64,000 bases of DNA, taken from assembly GCA_023920165.1 (NCBI GenBank), contig CP089276.1:1054001-1118000 (forward strand), given 5' to 3'. This document shows, in pieces, positions 40,411-51,625 of this stretch (positions within the stretch are counted from its first letter, which is position 1; each line of letters starts with the position of its first letter). Position numbers and translations under genes: made by a program. Under the pieces are notes generated by a model that saw only the letters and a program-made list of their open reading frames with translations, searched no databases and was not told the DNA's origin. Source of the stretch: Curvularia clavata. Taxonomy: Eukaryota.

Positions 40411-41322
40411 ATGACCATAACCAACGTCGCCCTAATCGGCGGCACCGGCACCCTGGGCGCCCCCGTCCTACGCGCCCTGCAGGCCTCCCCCTTCACCATC
40501 TACGTCCTCAACCGCGCCTCCTCCACCTCCAGCTACCCCGACGCCAAGGTGCTCACCATTCCCGACGACCTCGCCGTCGATGCCGTCGCCGACGTCCTCC
40601 GTAGCAACCACATTGATGCCCTCATCGTCACCATCGCAGGCCGGCACGTCTCCGCTCAAAAAGCCCTGATCGACGCTGCCTTCCATGGCGGCGTCCAACG
40701 CATCATGCCTGCCGAGTTTGGCAGCTGTGATTCCGCCGACGAAAAAACAAACGAGATCCTGCCACTCATGAAGGGCAAGAAGGAAGTCCGAGACTACCTC
40801 CTCAGCCTGCAGGACAAGCCTCGCGACAAAGTAGGCCCACTGACATGGACAAGTCTCATCACGGGCCATTTTTTCGACTGGGGTCTCACCTGTGGGCTAC
40901 TGAAATTTGATGTTAAAAGCAGAAAAGCATATCTGCTCGATGGTGGCAACATCAAGTTCTCAGCTTCCAATTTAGACTTTGTGGGCAAGGCGGTCGTCAA
41001 GGTGTTGCAGAAGGAAGAGCAGACGAGGAATAAGTTGCTGTATGTGCACAGTCATCATGTCACGCAGCTGGAGGTGTTGGCGGCTTTGGAGAAAGCGACG
41101 GGGGAGAAGTTCGAGCGGGTGGAGCAGAAGAGTGAGGAAGAGTTGGAGATTTACAGGCCGAAGATGATGGATGGGGATATGGAGGCGAGGGAGGAGGTTG
41201 TTGCGGTTTGGGGAGTGGTCGCGGCGGATTGGAGGGGGAAGGAAGGGTTTGCAAATGAGATGCTCGGCCTGGAAGAGGAGGATTTGGAGCAAGTGGTGCG
41301 GAGGGTGGTGGAGGGGCTGTGA
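40411..41322 (+). CDS. NmrA-like / isoflavone reductase family NAD(P)-binding oxidoreductase
   Basis: Rossmann motif 'VALIGGTGTLG', 'RIMPAEFG', 'WTSLITGHFFDW'; intronless 303 aa. Confidence 0.9.
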   Translation: MTITNVALIGGTGTLGAPVLRALQASPFTIYVLNRASSTSSYPDAKVLTIPDDLAVDAVADVLRSNHIDALIVTIAGRHVSAQKALIDAAFHGGVQRIMPAEFGSCDSADEKTNEILPLMKGKKEVRDYLLSLQDKPRDKVGPLTWTSLITGHFFDWGLTCGLLKFDVKSRKAYLLDGGNIKFSASNLDFVGKAVVKVLQKEEQTRNKLLYVHSHHVTQLEVLAALEKATGEKFERVEQKSEEELEIYRPKMMDGDMEAREEVVAVWGVVAADWRGKEGFANEMLGLEEEDLEQVVRRVVEGL

Positions 41323-41405
41323 GAATGACATGCTTTTATGCCCAAGCTCGGGAAATCCAGACATAGATATATAGACAATCTGTTGTATACATGAAACTTG
41401 GGACG

Positions 41406-43267
41406 CTACTTTATGCGTCTAAATATCTGACGCCCACCCTCATTGCTCTCTAGCACACCCGTCATATCCTTTACCCTCTTCTCTACTTCCCGCGTAGATT
41501 GTACACCCGACTCTCCTGTCCGCCAGCTCTCTTCCATCTCCGTAAGAAGAGGCACTATCGCCGAGCTCTTCCACGCTACCACTCCTTTCCTCCAGCTCTG
41601 CAATAGCGTAGCCGCTAGGAAAGCAATGCCCATCGCCACCTCAGTAATGGGCAGGATAATCCATTCCCATTTAACATGTATGTATTGCTCAGGTGTGATC
41701 GTCCGGCCTGATACTTTGATTCCGCTAGGGCTCTGACCAAGGGCATACGACATACTATCACTAATCCGCTGCATGACCTGCGTAAGATTGGTAGCATTGT
41801 TCAATGCCAATCCAAACGTATCGTCTATAGATGAAGAGAACACGGAGCTAAGGAACTGTCCCACTCTACCATTGTCGCTTGGAAGAACGCTGAAAGTTGA
41901 GTTTCCTGGGAACGTCGAGGCGCTGTCGTTAGCGAGGCCGAAAGTCACCCAGCTCGTGGGATCAAAGGAATTCTCGATTCCAACGAGCTCGAAATCGGTA
42001 ATTGTACCGGGATGGAAGGTACCGTTTACAACAGAAGTGTTCTGCAGTTGGCGTGCTACCCAGCGCAAGCTGCACTCCGTGACGTCGGGTGCTTCGTCGC
42101 TATACGGCGCTGTCATTCTTGCGGCGGCGAATTGTAACAGGGTGCTGTTGAGGACTCGGCCGAATTGACTAATCGGCGGTCCTTCGCCAGCAGTGCTATT
42201 GAATTGCGTTGCACTGCTGCCGTCCGCACCGAAGTCTACTCTAGATTCAATGAGAAATCCAGACGGTGTGGTGTAGTTGCACACTCGACTTTCTGGGGAC
42301 GTATCACAAGTTATGGCAGTGCTGGAGGTAACATTTTTACATTCGCTGGCCACGGCCAAAGTCGTGATATCATCCCATTCACAGTTACCAGTCAGGCATT
42401 CGACTTGGATAGGTGCGCTGAGATTGTATAGGCCATTGAGAATCGCACCTTGCATCCTGGGATCCATCTGCTTGACTAAAAAGCAAAGGTTAGCAAGTGT
42501 AGATTAAGTTTGTGGGTGTACGGGGATTTCATACCAAGTGTAGCAATTGGGCCACTGCCCGCGCCAGAATCATAGATCTGGTTCCGGTAAAAGGTAGCAC
42601 CAGATGTCTCGTAATGCGACCTTGACGGATAGGAAAGCAGCTGTTGCGACAATGGGCCCATGGTTAGCGATGCGATGGTAATGAGAGCACCCCACGTAGC
42701 CAACTTGGTCTTGAAATGGAGTCTCCATATCAGTGTCAATGATCCCCAAGGCCCACGACTGGCCTCGTCGAGAATCTGAAAGTCTCGTAAAGGACGTGGC
42801 GAGCTCATTAAATGTACCCATTTGAGTTGGCTGATACATGATGCGACTGGAACGATGAGTGCTGTCCTGGATAGGGTCGAGAGAAGAGCGACCAGCGTGT
42901 TGAGCGTGATGTCATGATAGAAGCGCCATCTAGACAGCGACTTTTCTTGGTAAGTCTTCAAAAGAACGATAATGGCAATGACGCAAGCAAGGCTGAAGAC
43001 TGCCGCGACGATTTCCCAATACCAGTCTCGGAAATGTAGTCTCCTTGAGCGCTTGGGTTCATGTTCGCGACATTGTACATTAATCTGCTCTTTTCCAGGT
43101 GCCGAGTCAACGTTGGCTTCGTTCCACGTCATTAATGTCTCTGTACTGTGGTCGTGATTTGAGACATTGCGCTCTTGTCGATGAGGACTGTGGAGTGGCG
43201 ATATGCTTGGTGCGAAGTATGCTTCGCCTTGGTAAGGAGGCAGTTCATAGTTGCCTGAAGATGTCAT
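41406..43267 (-). CDS. DUF3176 family membrane protein (2 exons)
   Basis: 'WYWEI...ITLNTLVALLS...CISQLKW...DEASRGPWGSL', 'CLTGNCEW', C-terminal 'YIHVKWEWIILP...WKSS'. Confidence 0.85.
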
Positions 43268-44229
43268 CTTGGAAAAAGACAATCGCAGAAAGCAGAAGCT
43301 GCCTGCCTGTCTTCAGTTGATGAATAGCCTGCAAGAGGCGGAGCGCTGATATGACATGCGGTTCGGCCCCCACAGGTGCGACACGCAACGGCCTCGGTGC
43401 GAATGAAATGGGGGCCAAATTCGGCTGTCAGGCTAGGTGTCATTGGTTGGGGTCTAAGCCTGATAACGTACTTTTGATGCATCCACGAAGGTGTTTGATC
43501 AGTCGGAGTCAGCCTGAAGGTGTTGTACTGAAGATGACAAGGCTGAATTTTGTGACGTTGAAAAGTGGTGGAAAAATGGCTCTTGGTTATCATGATGGGA
43601 TGGTGTTTGACAACTAGTTAGAATGGAGATCAATCCGTATCGGAGAGTAGCCGAGCGCGAATTTAGGAGGCTACGTTCCAGCCATGTCTAATCGCCTCCT
43701 AGCTGCCCGTGTTGAGTTACAACTCCGCTTAGTTTCTAACATCCCTACTGGACTTTTAAATGAGTCACGATACTGTAAACCTACTGACATTTTCGGCCTG
43801 GGTGACATATTGGCCAGTAATGGCCCTTGAAAAGGAGCCTGACATTTAAGACCAATTTGAACTAGAAGGGAACAAAGATGGAACCTGTGCCAAGGCAAAG
43901 GGGCAACACCCACGTGCCTTTGTAAACGAACGACTCATGGGTGCGAATGGACTTAGATGTAGATAAACGGTACGAGAGCGCCAGAAGAAGGCAGATTTGT
44001 GGCGCATCCCATTATCGGATACCCGGAAAGGATCTAACCGAGGCTTCTGCCTTGTGTCCGGTGAGCATTTGCGGCTGATTGTTCGCACCGCAGTTCAAAC
44101 AGTCTTCAATGTCTGTGATTCTTCCATCACAAACACTAGTGCATTGAAGCCGTGTTTCTGATACCAGTTTGCTACATTTCCATTTTCGTTTTATCGATTG
44201 TTCGGGTCATCCGCCACGCGAATAAGCCG

Positions 44230-46014
44230 ATGGAATCTGTTGCGGTCGAAGAGTACATCTATCGTCCTCTTAATTCTGGCGACCAAGAGATACGCCTCAT
44301 CACTATAAAAGCAGGGCGTGGACCGGATCCAGTAGAGTGCTCGCTGGACCATGTATCGCTGGGTGACAAACCCCAGTACGAAGCGCTTTCCTACGTTTGG
44401 GGTAATCCCAATGATCGATCACAAATTATCCTCGAGGGCTGCAACTTCAGCGTGACCAGCAACCTTGGCACCGCACTATCTTACTTACGGCTCCCAGAGG
44501 CGAACAGAAGCATGTGGATAGATGCAATCTGCATCAACCAAAGCAACCTTGCTGAGCGCGAATCTCAAATACAGCTCATACGCAGCATATACCAAGAAGC
44601 TATGCAGGTTGTCAGCTGGATAAGTCCTCTCGAAACCAAAGATGTGATTATGAACACTGCATATCTCTTGCTGCTGGAGGGGCGAGAAAAGAATTTTTCG
44701 ACTGCTTGGTTACAAGCCATGCTCCGTGGTGATGTGCTCAGTGGTGATTTTCGATACCTCGGAGAAATCGTGACCATCGCAAAGTTTTTCGCACAAGATG
44801 AATACTGGGAGCGGATATGGATCACTCAAGAGGTAGCGCTTGCGAGGAAAGGTTTGGTCAAATACAAAGAGATGGAAATACCACATGACTACTTTGTGGA
44901 ATTTACGAAGATGTTCAGTGAATTGAACGATGACCTAGAATGGATGAACCGTGATTTTGGTCTCAAACATTCCTACATTCTTGGACAGATATTAGAGATC
45001 TTCCGGGGAAACTACATTGTTCGCAGGATCGCTCCAAGCGCGCCACTTCTTGACCTCCTCTATCAGAACATGTACAAGAAGGCAACCGATCCCCGTGATA
45101 AAGTGTATGCGCTTCTCGGCCTTTCTGACATGGCGCCGAATTCTCATGAGGGATTAACAGTTAACTACGGCGAAAATTGGTCCAAAAGAGATGTCTATAC
45201 CGGAGTTGTGCGAGCCGTGGTCCACAAGACTTCTCGTCTAGACATAATAGGCGAAGCTCGGCCTTATGCCAAGGTCCTGGATTCCAACCGCAGCCCAGAT
45301 AACCAGGAAATGGACGTTCCGTCCTGGGCTCCAGACTGGACTGCTATTTTTTTAAGGCCCTTGTCAAACCGGAGAGACTCAAGAATAGGCGCTGCAGGTC
45401 TTATACCAGCAAATGTGGAGTTCTATGACGACAAAAACGTAATGAAGGCGCAAGGGATATGCGTAGGGACTGTGGGAGCATGTGGGAGATGCCTCCCAGA
45501 AATTTCACTGGGGCAGGGTCCTAATGAAATCATACTTTGTGGAGAGATCCTCCACGAATGGCTTCAACTTTGCAGAAGTTCTGCTGGCGACAGTACGGGC
45601 ACCCTTGAGACCTTCTCCAGAACCATCAGTATCGGATCACCAGCTTCGTCAGATTTGCAGGAGTTGATGGCTGGAACGGATCAGCGTTTCGACCCAAGTC
45701 ACCCGCTATTCCCGATAGCCGAGATGGCCTTCCCATTCCTTCAGAGATTCACGATTGAATGTCGAATTTTCATATTTGACTCTATCATAGATCGTTCATG
45801 TCCAAATTTACTTTGTGGCATTGGCCCGGAGGAGCTCCAAGAGAAGGATAAGATTTGCGTCCTTGCAGGCTGCAAATATCCTGTTGCACTTAGGCCGGAC
45901 GGCAACAGATACAGGTTTGTATCACGTGTGTATGTTGACGATTTGTGCGATGGTCAAGCTATTAAAGGCGTGGAAATGGGCCGCTATAGTTGGGATTGGT
46001 TTGAGATACATTGA
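44230..46014 (+). CDS. Heterokaryon incompatibility (HET domain) protein, HET-6-like
   Basis: 'YEALSYVWG', 'MWIDAICINQ', 'YWERIWITQE', 'ATDPRDKVYALLGL', 'PSWAPDW', 'DKICVLAGC..P.ALR'; intronless. Confidence 0.92.
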   Translation: MESVAVEEYIYRPLNSGDQEIRLITIKAGRGPDPVECSLDHVSLGDKPQYEALSYVWGNPNDRSQIILEGCNFSVTSNLGTALSYLRLPEANRSMWIDAICINQSNLAERESQIQLIRSIYQEAMQVVSWISPLETKDVIMNTAYLLLLEGREKNFSTAWLQAMLRGDVLSGDFRYLGEIVTIAKFFAQDEYWERIWITQEVALARKGLVKYKEMEIPHDYFVEFTKMFSELNDDLEWMNRDFGLKHSYILGQILEIFRGNYIVRRIAPSAPLLDLLYQNMYKKATDPRDKVYALLGLSDMAPNSHEGLTVNYGENWSKRDVYTGVVRAVVHKTSRLDIIGEARPYAKVLDSNRSPDNQEMDVPSWAPDWTAIFLRPLSNRRDSRIGAAGLIPANVEFYDDKNVMKAQGICVGTVGACGRCLPEISLGQGPNEIILCGEILHEWLQLCRSSAGDSTGTLETFSRTISIGSPASSDLQELMAGTDQRFDPSHPLFPIAEMAFPFLQRFTIECRIFIFDSIIDRSCPNLLCGIGPEELQEKDKICVLAGCKYPVALRPDGNRYRFVSRVYVDDLCDGQAIKGVEMGRYSWDWFEIH

Positions 46015-47314
46015 AGATAGCGCTATGAAAACAAAAACTACAGTCCTAGGCTTTCGTATTGCTGGTGTAGATGCGAAAATGGATACACATCAGACATCAA
46101 CAATCACAGAACAGACGTTTAATTGTAATCTATCTAACGATCTACTACTGAGGTTGGTGAAGCAATCGAATGCCTTGAATGGCTACGAGCATGTCATTTC
46201 TTAAACAGATGAAAGAATTGCAGCACTGCATTAATATGAAAGAAGGAAAACAATAGATTTGAATATAATTAGGTGCAACATTCAATTGTATACGGCTATT
46301 TGAAGTCTAGGGTAACGAATGAGCCCTCATTCTCACGGCATACTTTCTATGCATCTACAGAGCCATCAGAATAATTTTAGGCTAGCCTATGCCAATCCTT
46401 AATAATACTAATAATAATAATAAAAAAAGAGCAAGAAACCTTTTCAGAGTCTTGAAGATATAAGACGTAGAAATTTCCGACCAAGGCATAGAATTGCCAG
46501 ATGTAAGCAAATACGCTTGGCAGTTTCCAGGCGAAGATCCAAGTAACACCAGTGGCATGAACAAGGACTAGTTTTCTAGTACAAGCTTGATGATGGGGTC
46601 GGCACAGACCCCTCTCTACCTGACGATCTTCCCACATTTACTCTGATCACAATTTCACTCTATACTCCTACAAATGCTAAAAATAGTCTCAACAACCAGA
46701 TTCAGTATATCCAGATCCATCCATCGTAGCTTCTCTGGTGTTATCAGGTCTTCAGTACAATTTCCGAGCCGCTGAAAGCATCATTTCCCAAAAATCGGGG
46801 CACTGTACAATGAACGCATTTTCCCATTAGCTGCCTTCTTCCCACTAGATCACCAACCCTTATGCACCATACCCATCACTCAACCTCCGTCAGCTTCATC
46901 TCTACATACATCCTCGTATATGAACCACACAGCATTCGGAACAACAAATACGTCCCGTCCCGCTAAGAAGGTGGCATCAGAATAGCTCCGGCTTACAGCC
47001 GATGTCGGATCGTGGTAGTGGCATCTCGTACACTATCTGCACGACAGCCCGAGTCAATTCGTAACTAGAGAGGACAAATGTCGAATCACGAACCGACGTT
47101 CAAGTTTGATGTGTGGAGGGATAGAAATCACACTAGCGCACGAAACAAGATCTCACAACTTCAAAGAGGCACCAGTTTATCTCTCAATAAGTATGTATTT
47201 GCAGAGCAATAAAACAAAATTATATACAGAAGAATTAAACCACAATGGCACTCACATCTCCCCCTTGTTCAAAAAATATATACAGGTTCGCAGTCCCACG
47301 ATCAAATGAGACGC

Positions 47315-48547
47315 TTAGATCCTGCCGTAACCAGCAGAGTTGGGAGCGTTCTTGGCGCTGGCGGCAGGGGAAGCCGCAGCAGGGCTCTTTCCAGAGAAAC
47401 CGCTGACAACGCTGGTGTCAGACCCAGCCATGGTGCCAGAGCTGCCGTAGACATTGACCTCGCAGTTGCGGCCGAAGGCGCTCTTGCAGGCGGAGCCACC
47501 AGAGGCAAAGACCTTTCCAGCAAGGCCAGACTGAGACGCCTCCTTGACGTTCTGGAAGACGTTGCCCTCAGCGACAATCTTGGCACCGGCGTCGGCCTCG
47601 AAAGCGTGGCCAGAGTTGGCGTAGAAGTAGTTGTTGACGGCGTGGAGGAGGGTGTTGCCGGCAACCTTGGGCGAACGGCCGGAGGTGTGGTGGATGTAGT
47701 TGCCCTTGAGGGTGACCATGTCGTTGCTGCCAGTGAGGTAGATGCCCCAGTAGTGGTGGCCGTCGCAGGTGGCAGACCAGGCAGAGGCGCCGTTGATCTC
47801 GTTGTTGGTGATGCTGACACGGCCGGAGGCGCTGTTACCGAGGACAATGTGCTGGCGGGCGATAAGGTCGGTGGTGCAGTGGTCGATCCAGATCATGTCG
47901 GCTGTTTGTTGATTAGAAGCTGTTTGTAGTATTGAACATGAATCGCAACTTACCACCGTCAACGGTGATGGCATCACCACCCCAGACGTATTGAGGGTTG
48001 ATCTCAGTGAAGCGAACATTCTGGATAATGATGTTCTTGACGCCGTTGACCATACGGATACCCTTGCCCTTGATAACACCCTTGTTGCCCTGTCCGATCA
48101 AGGACTTGTTGGAGCCAACAGTGATACCAAGAACACCAGCCTTGTCATAGGTGATGCTGCCGACCTTGGGTGCGTTCTTCTGGTAGTTGTCGCACCAGCC
48201 GTCCTTGTTGATGGCGATCTGGCATGCTGAGCCAGTGCCCCAGGGACGGCAACCAGCTGAGGTGACCTTGCCCTCAGTACCAGTGAAGTCAAAGGTCTTG
48301 GTGAGGACAATGGTGCGAGCCTGCGAGTCTCCGAGGTAGCTGACCAGCTCGGCGTTGGTCTTGGGGTAGACAGGCGCAGCCTTACCACCACCAGTGACGC
48401 CTGTTCAAGTATTAGTATAGATTTTGGAGCAAGTGCTAGAACAAACATACCCTTGGCGAAGCCCTCGGCAGCGCCCTTGACGGCATCAGCGGCGCTGACA
48501 GTCGTGGCGAAAGCCGCCGCAATGGCGACAAAGAGTGAGTACTTCAT
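47315..48547 (-). CDS. Secreted pectin lyase (polysaccharide lyase family 1), 3 exons
   Basis: Signal peptide, '[14 protein letters not shown]', 'NIIIQN', 'YVWGGDAI', 'IWIDH', 'ARQH', 'SGRSPK'. Confidence 0.93.
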
Positions 48548-48667
48548 GGTTAATTCCTTGTTGATTGAGAGTAAGAATGAATGGATAGCAAACGCAGTTT
48601 GCTGATAAAAAAAAAGAATGTAGTGTTGAATGGGATAAAGAGTGAATGAAGAGGCACAGTTGGATGA

Positions 48668-48676
48668 TCCTCCAAT
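48668..48676 (+). promoter_or_regulatory. Galacturonic-acid responsive element (TCCNCCAAT)-like site in the pectin lyase upstream region
   Basis: TCCTCCAAT about 120 bp upstream of the ATG. A second CCNCCAA core lies at 49078-49084, and minus-strand TATAAA at 48696-48701. Confidence 0.55.
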
Positions 48677-49731
48677 GGCGGAATGGATTCACATCTTTAT
48701 AACACAAAGGGATTTGAGGGAGGTTGCTTGAGCCGCGCCCCACAGTCTAATCAGAGAAACAATCCTTCTGTGGCCCTGGGGACCGTTCATGACCAAGCAC
48801 AGTAAGGTGTCCGAAGTCATGAGTCGTGCCTTGATTGTCGGAGGCATTCTACCATTCTTCTGGAACGGCACAATTTATTTTCGGCACAAGAATTGCCTTA
48901 AGTCAGGGCGCACTGTGCAGCATAGAACTGATATGCTGTGGGAACACTGTATCACCGCCGGCCAAACGTTTGCGAGCGCTGTACTCTGTATTGATTGATG
49001 GGCCATGGCGTTCCACGCGTCAGGTGTGGCTAGCCTAGCTGTGATGTTTCACATCTAACTGATGGGCTGGCGCGGATCCACCAAACCATTCCAGGACAAG
49101 TTTAGCTGGGAACATGTATATTGGCCTGATCATGGTTAAGATGAGAAAGGAGATCTGTTTGCGACCTGGGATCATGGTAATGCGACATGGGGCTGTGATC
49201 GAGAATCAATTTGTCCGATAGGTGGAGTTGTCAAACATGAGCGGACCAAGCGATTCGAAACAATGATGATCTTTCAGGTCTGCCATGTTGACTTGCATGC
49301 CACAGATAGATTCGGCGTGATATGCAAAGCATTCTTTGGACTTGGCATTTAATGGGTATTGCTGAAAGGTATGTGTCTGTTCTGTCTATTCTGTTTGTTT
49401 TGTCTGTTACATCTGACAACTCGCCAACTGCTGGTGTAGAAGTGTCACGGTGTAGAAACATAGTCGGACAAAGAAAGACCGAACTCCATATGATCGAATA
49501 TCGTTGAATTTGCCGGAGCGATACGAGATACTGAGTGCCAAGAAGGGGGTTAAGGAGCAGTGAAAGCTGGAACGCCAAGACGGCACAGGGCTGTCGCATT
49601 CGGATGCCAGCGTGTCTGTGCATCCCTGCCAGCGTCCAGACAACGAACCAACCCTGAACCCAGCAATCCCTCGCACTGCCGGTCTTTACCCAATCACCTA
49701 GCCCAACGTCATACGTCGACGTGCAGAGTAA

Positions 49732-51255
49732 ATGGCCCTGAGGACCGCCATGCCTTACCAAATACACACCAACAACCAATACCACCGCAGCCAGAATAAT
49801 GGGTACGCTGCAGCGCCTCGATACCGCAGCCAATCACCCGACGACAGCCAGCATCACACTGCGTCTTGGTTGTCAGACTACATTTCCGAGCCTGTGTATT
49901 CCGACTCTGGCGACTACATCAACCCGCAGGATCCGCAACCATCTCCCAGCCCTGTGCAGTATGAACGGCACTCCCCGATGAGCAGTTCCTTGTACAGCCC
50001 CGGCGAACGAGGGGCTAATAACCACCGCTACTATTACACTTCCTCGCCATATCGGCCACAGCGGCCTGCGCAATCCCGCTATCGGACCCCGTCTCCTGGT
50101 TCAGATTACATTGCGCAATCGGCACGAACAGAAGATGATTATATAGCTACACCGGCAAAATTAATGCCCGGTGCCTTTGTCGATGATGACACGCCAGCGG
50201 ACAATGGATACGCTGAGTATGGACCTGAAGATAGCTCACCGCTTCAACACTCTGTGCCGAAAGAGTACCGCAAAGAGACGTCTCGGTCTCATCGTCGTGC
50301 CTCTCCCAAAGATTACGACAATCACCGGGCACTAGCTCGTCGGGAGTCTGATTATCGAAGCAGCAACTGGGACCGCAAGCATGACTCCCTGCGTATCCTG
50401 AGTCGTAGCCGCAGCCGGAACAACGGTCTCAAACCACATGAACTAGCAAACTTCCAAGAAGCCAGAGAATTTCTCGAACGATTCCGAGCACTCGAGATAA
50501 AAGGCGCCAGACGCACTGCTCACTCTGATCCCGCGTACTCCAGTGACGAGGACCGAGATGACCGCAGCCTGCGCTCGCGTCGAGGCAGCTCACCTGGGGA
50601 CTGGGACCACAGACGCATCTTGGTCCGACAGAGCTACGACGGCAATGCCCCGGAAGACTCGGATATGCCTCTATCCCGCGTTCCCCACCACTATCAGCAT
50701 GGTGGTCCCTCTACACACCGCACCACCAGATACAGCCCAACCCGTCAAAGCAGGCTCGACCGCTATGAAGCTCGACCCAGCTACCATGACTCCCGCCGCC
50801 AAATTACAGCAAATGACTCAGACGTAGCCTCGTACCGTAGCGCCTCTTTCTCTGGACACGTGTCTCGCGCTCCCTCCACCACACCCTCGTACGTCTCTCA
50901 CGGTCCATCTCCCACGCGCTCGTACGTTTCTCGCTCCCCCTCGTATGCAGGTACCCGTCGTCGTACCGCTCGTTCCCGGTCTAGTTCCGATAACGGCATC
51001 GCGGAGGGAAGCGATTACCTCCCTAGTGATGACGAAGATGCAGACCGGACGTACTTCAGTGAAGACGAGCACAGGTACCGTAGCGACGATAATGGCGTTG
51101 GAGAAGGGGATGATTATCTTTCTAGTGGCGACGAGCGTGAGCGTGAGCGTGATGATAGGGCGAGTAGGAGGAATGAGGGTGTCAGGTTGTATCCGAGGAG
51201 TGGTGCAGAGCGTGATAGCTATCCGGTTGGTATTAAGCGTGGGTGGGGCAGTTGA
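49732..51255 (+). CDS. Hypothetical Arg/Ser/Asp/Tyr-rich low-complexity protein
   Basis: Intronless 507 aa ORF (alternative ATG at 49750) with consistent composition and no recognisable domain. Confidence 0.7.
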   Translation: MALRTAMPYQIHTNNQYHRSQNNGYAAAPRYRSQSPDDSQHHTASWLSDYISEPVYSDSGDYINPQDPQPSPSPVQYERHSPMSSSLYSPGERGANNHRYYYTSSPYRPQRPAQSRYRTPSPGSDYIAQSARTEDDYIATPAKLMPGAFVDDDTPADNGYAEYGPEDSSPLQHSVPKEYRKETSRSHRRASPKDYDNHRALARRESDYRSSNWDRKHDSLRILSRSRSRNNGLKPHELANFQEAREFLERFRALEIKGARRTAHSDPAYSSDEDRDDRSLRSRRGSSPGDWDHRRILVRQSYDGNAPEDSDMPLSRVPHHYQHGGPSTHRTTRYSPTRQSRLDRYEARPSYHDSRRQITANDSDVASYRSASFSGHVSRAPSTTPSYVSHGPSPTRSYVSRSPSYAGTRRRTARSRSSSDNGIAEGSDYLPSDDEDADRTYFSEDEHRYRSDDNGVGEGDDYLSSGDERERERDDRASRRNEGVRLYPRSGAERDSYPVGIKRGWGS

Positions 51256-51625
51256 GATGGATGTAGGCGATGCATTTGTCATTTAGCAGGTTGGTGTTGT
51301 AGTGTATGTCCCAATGGGCATGGTTTTCTTCTTATGATGAAATGAATCACGACGTTTCGTAATGTAACTTGCACATTTCTAGGCTGTACATACGATCATC
51401 AAGACATGGTATTCTCGGCGTCGGAAGTCATAACCTGCTCTTTCTCTTTCCCTTTCTTTGCTTGCTCTGTTCCCTATCTTGTACACACACAATATCATGC
51501 GACTCCCCTTTTCATGCAAGCTAATCTATTCCAATCCAGATCGCTCAAAAGAAAACGCATTCAATGGCGTTTAATATGATACAGTTACTTCCCCTCTACC
51601 CTTTTATGTCCCGTTAGAAACACCT

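Noticed and set aside
46380..47100. Possible decayed gene between HET and the pectin lyase
   Set aside because: Intron-like words on the minus strand, but I could not assemble a coherent or recognisable protein.
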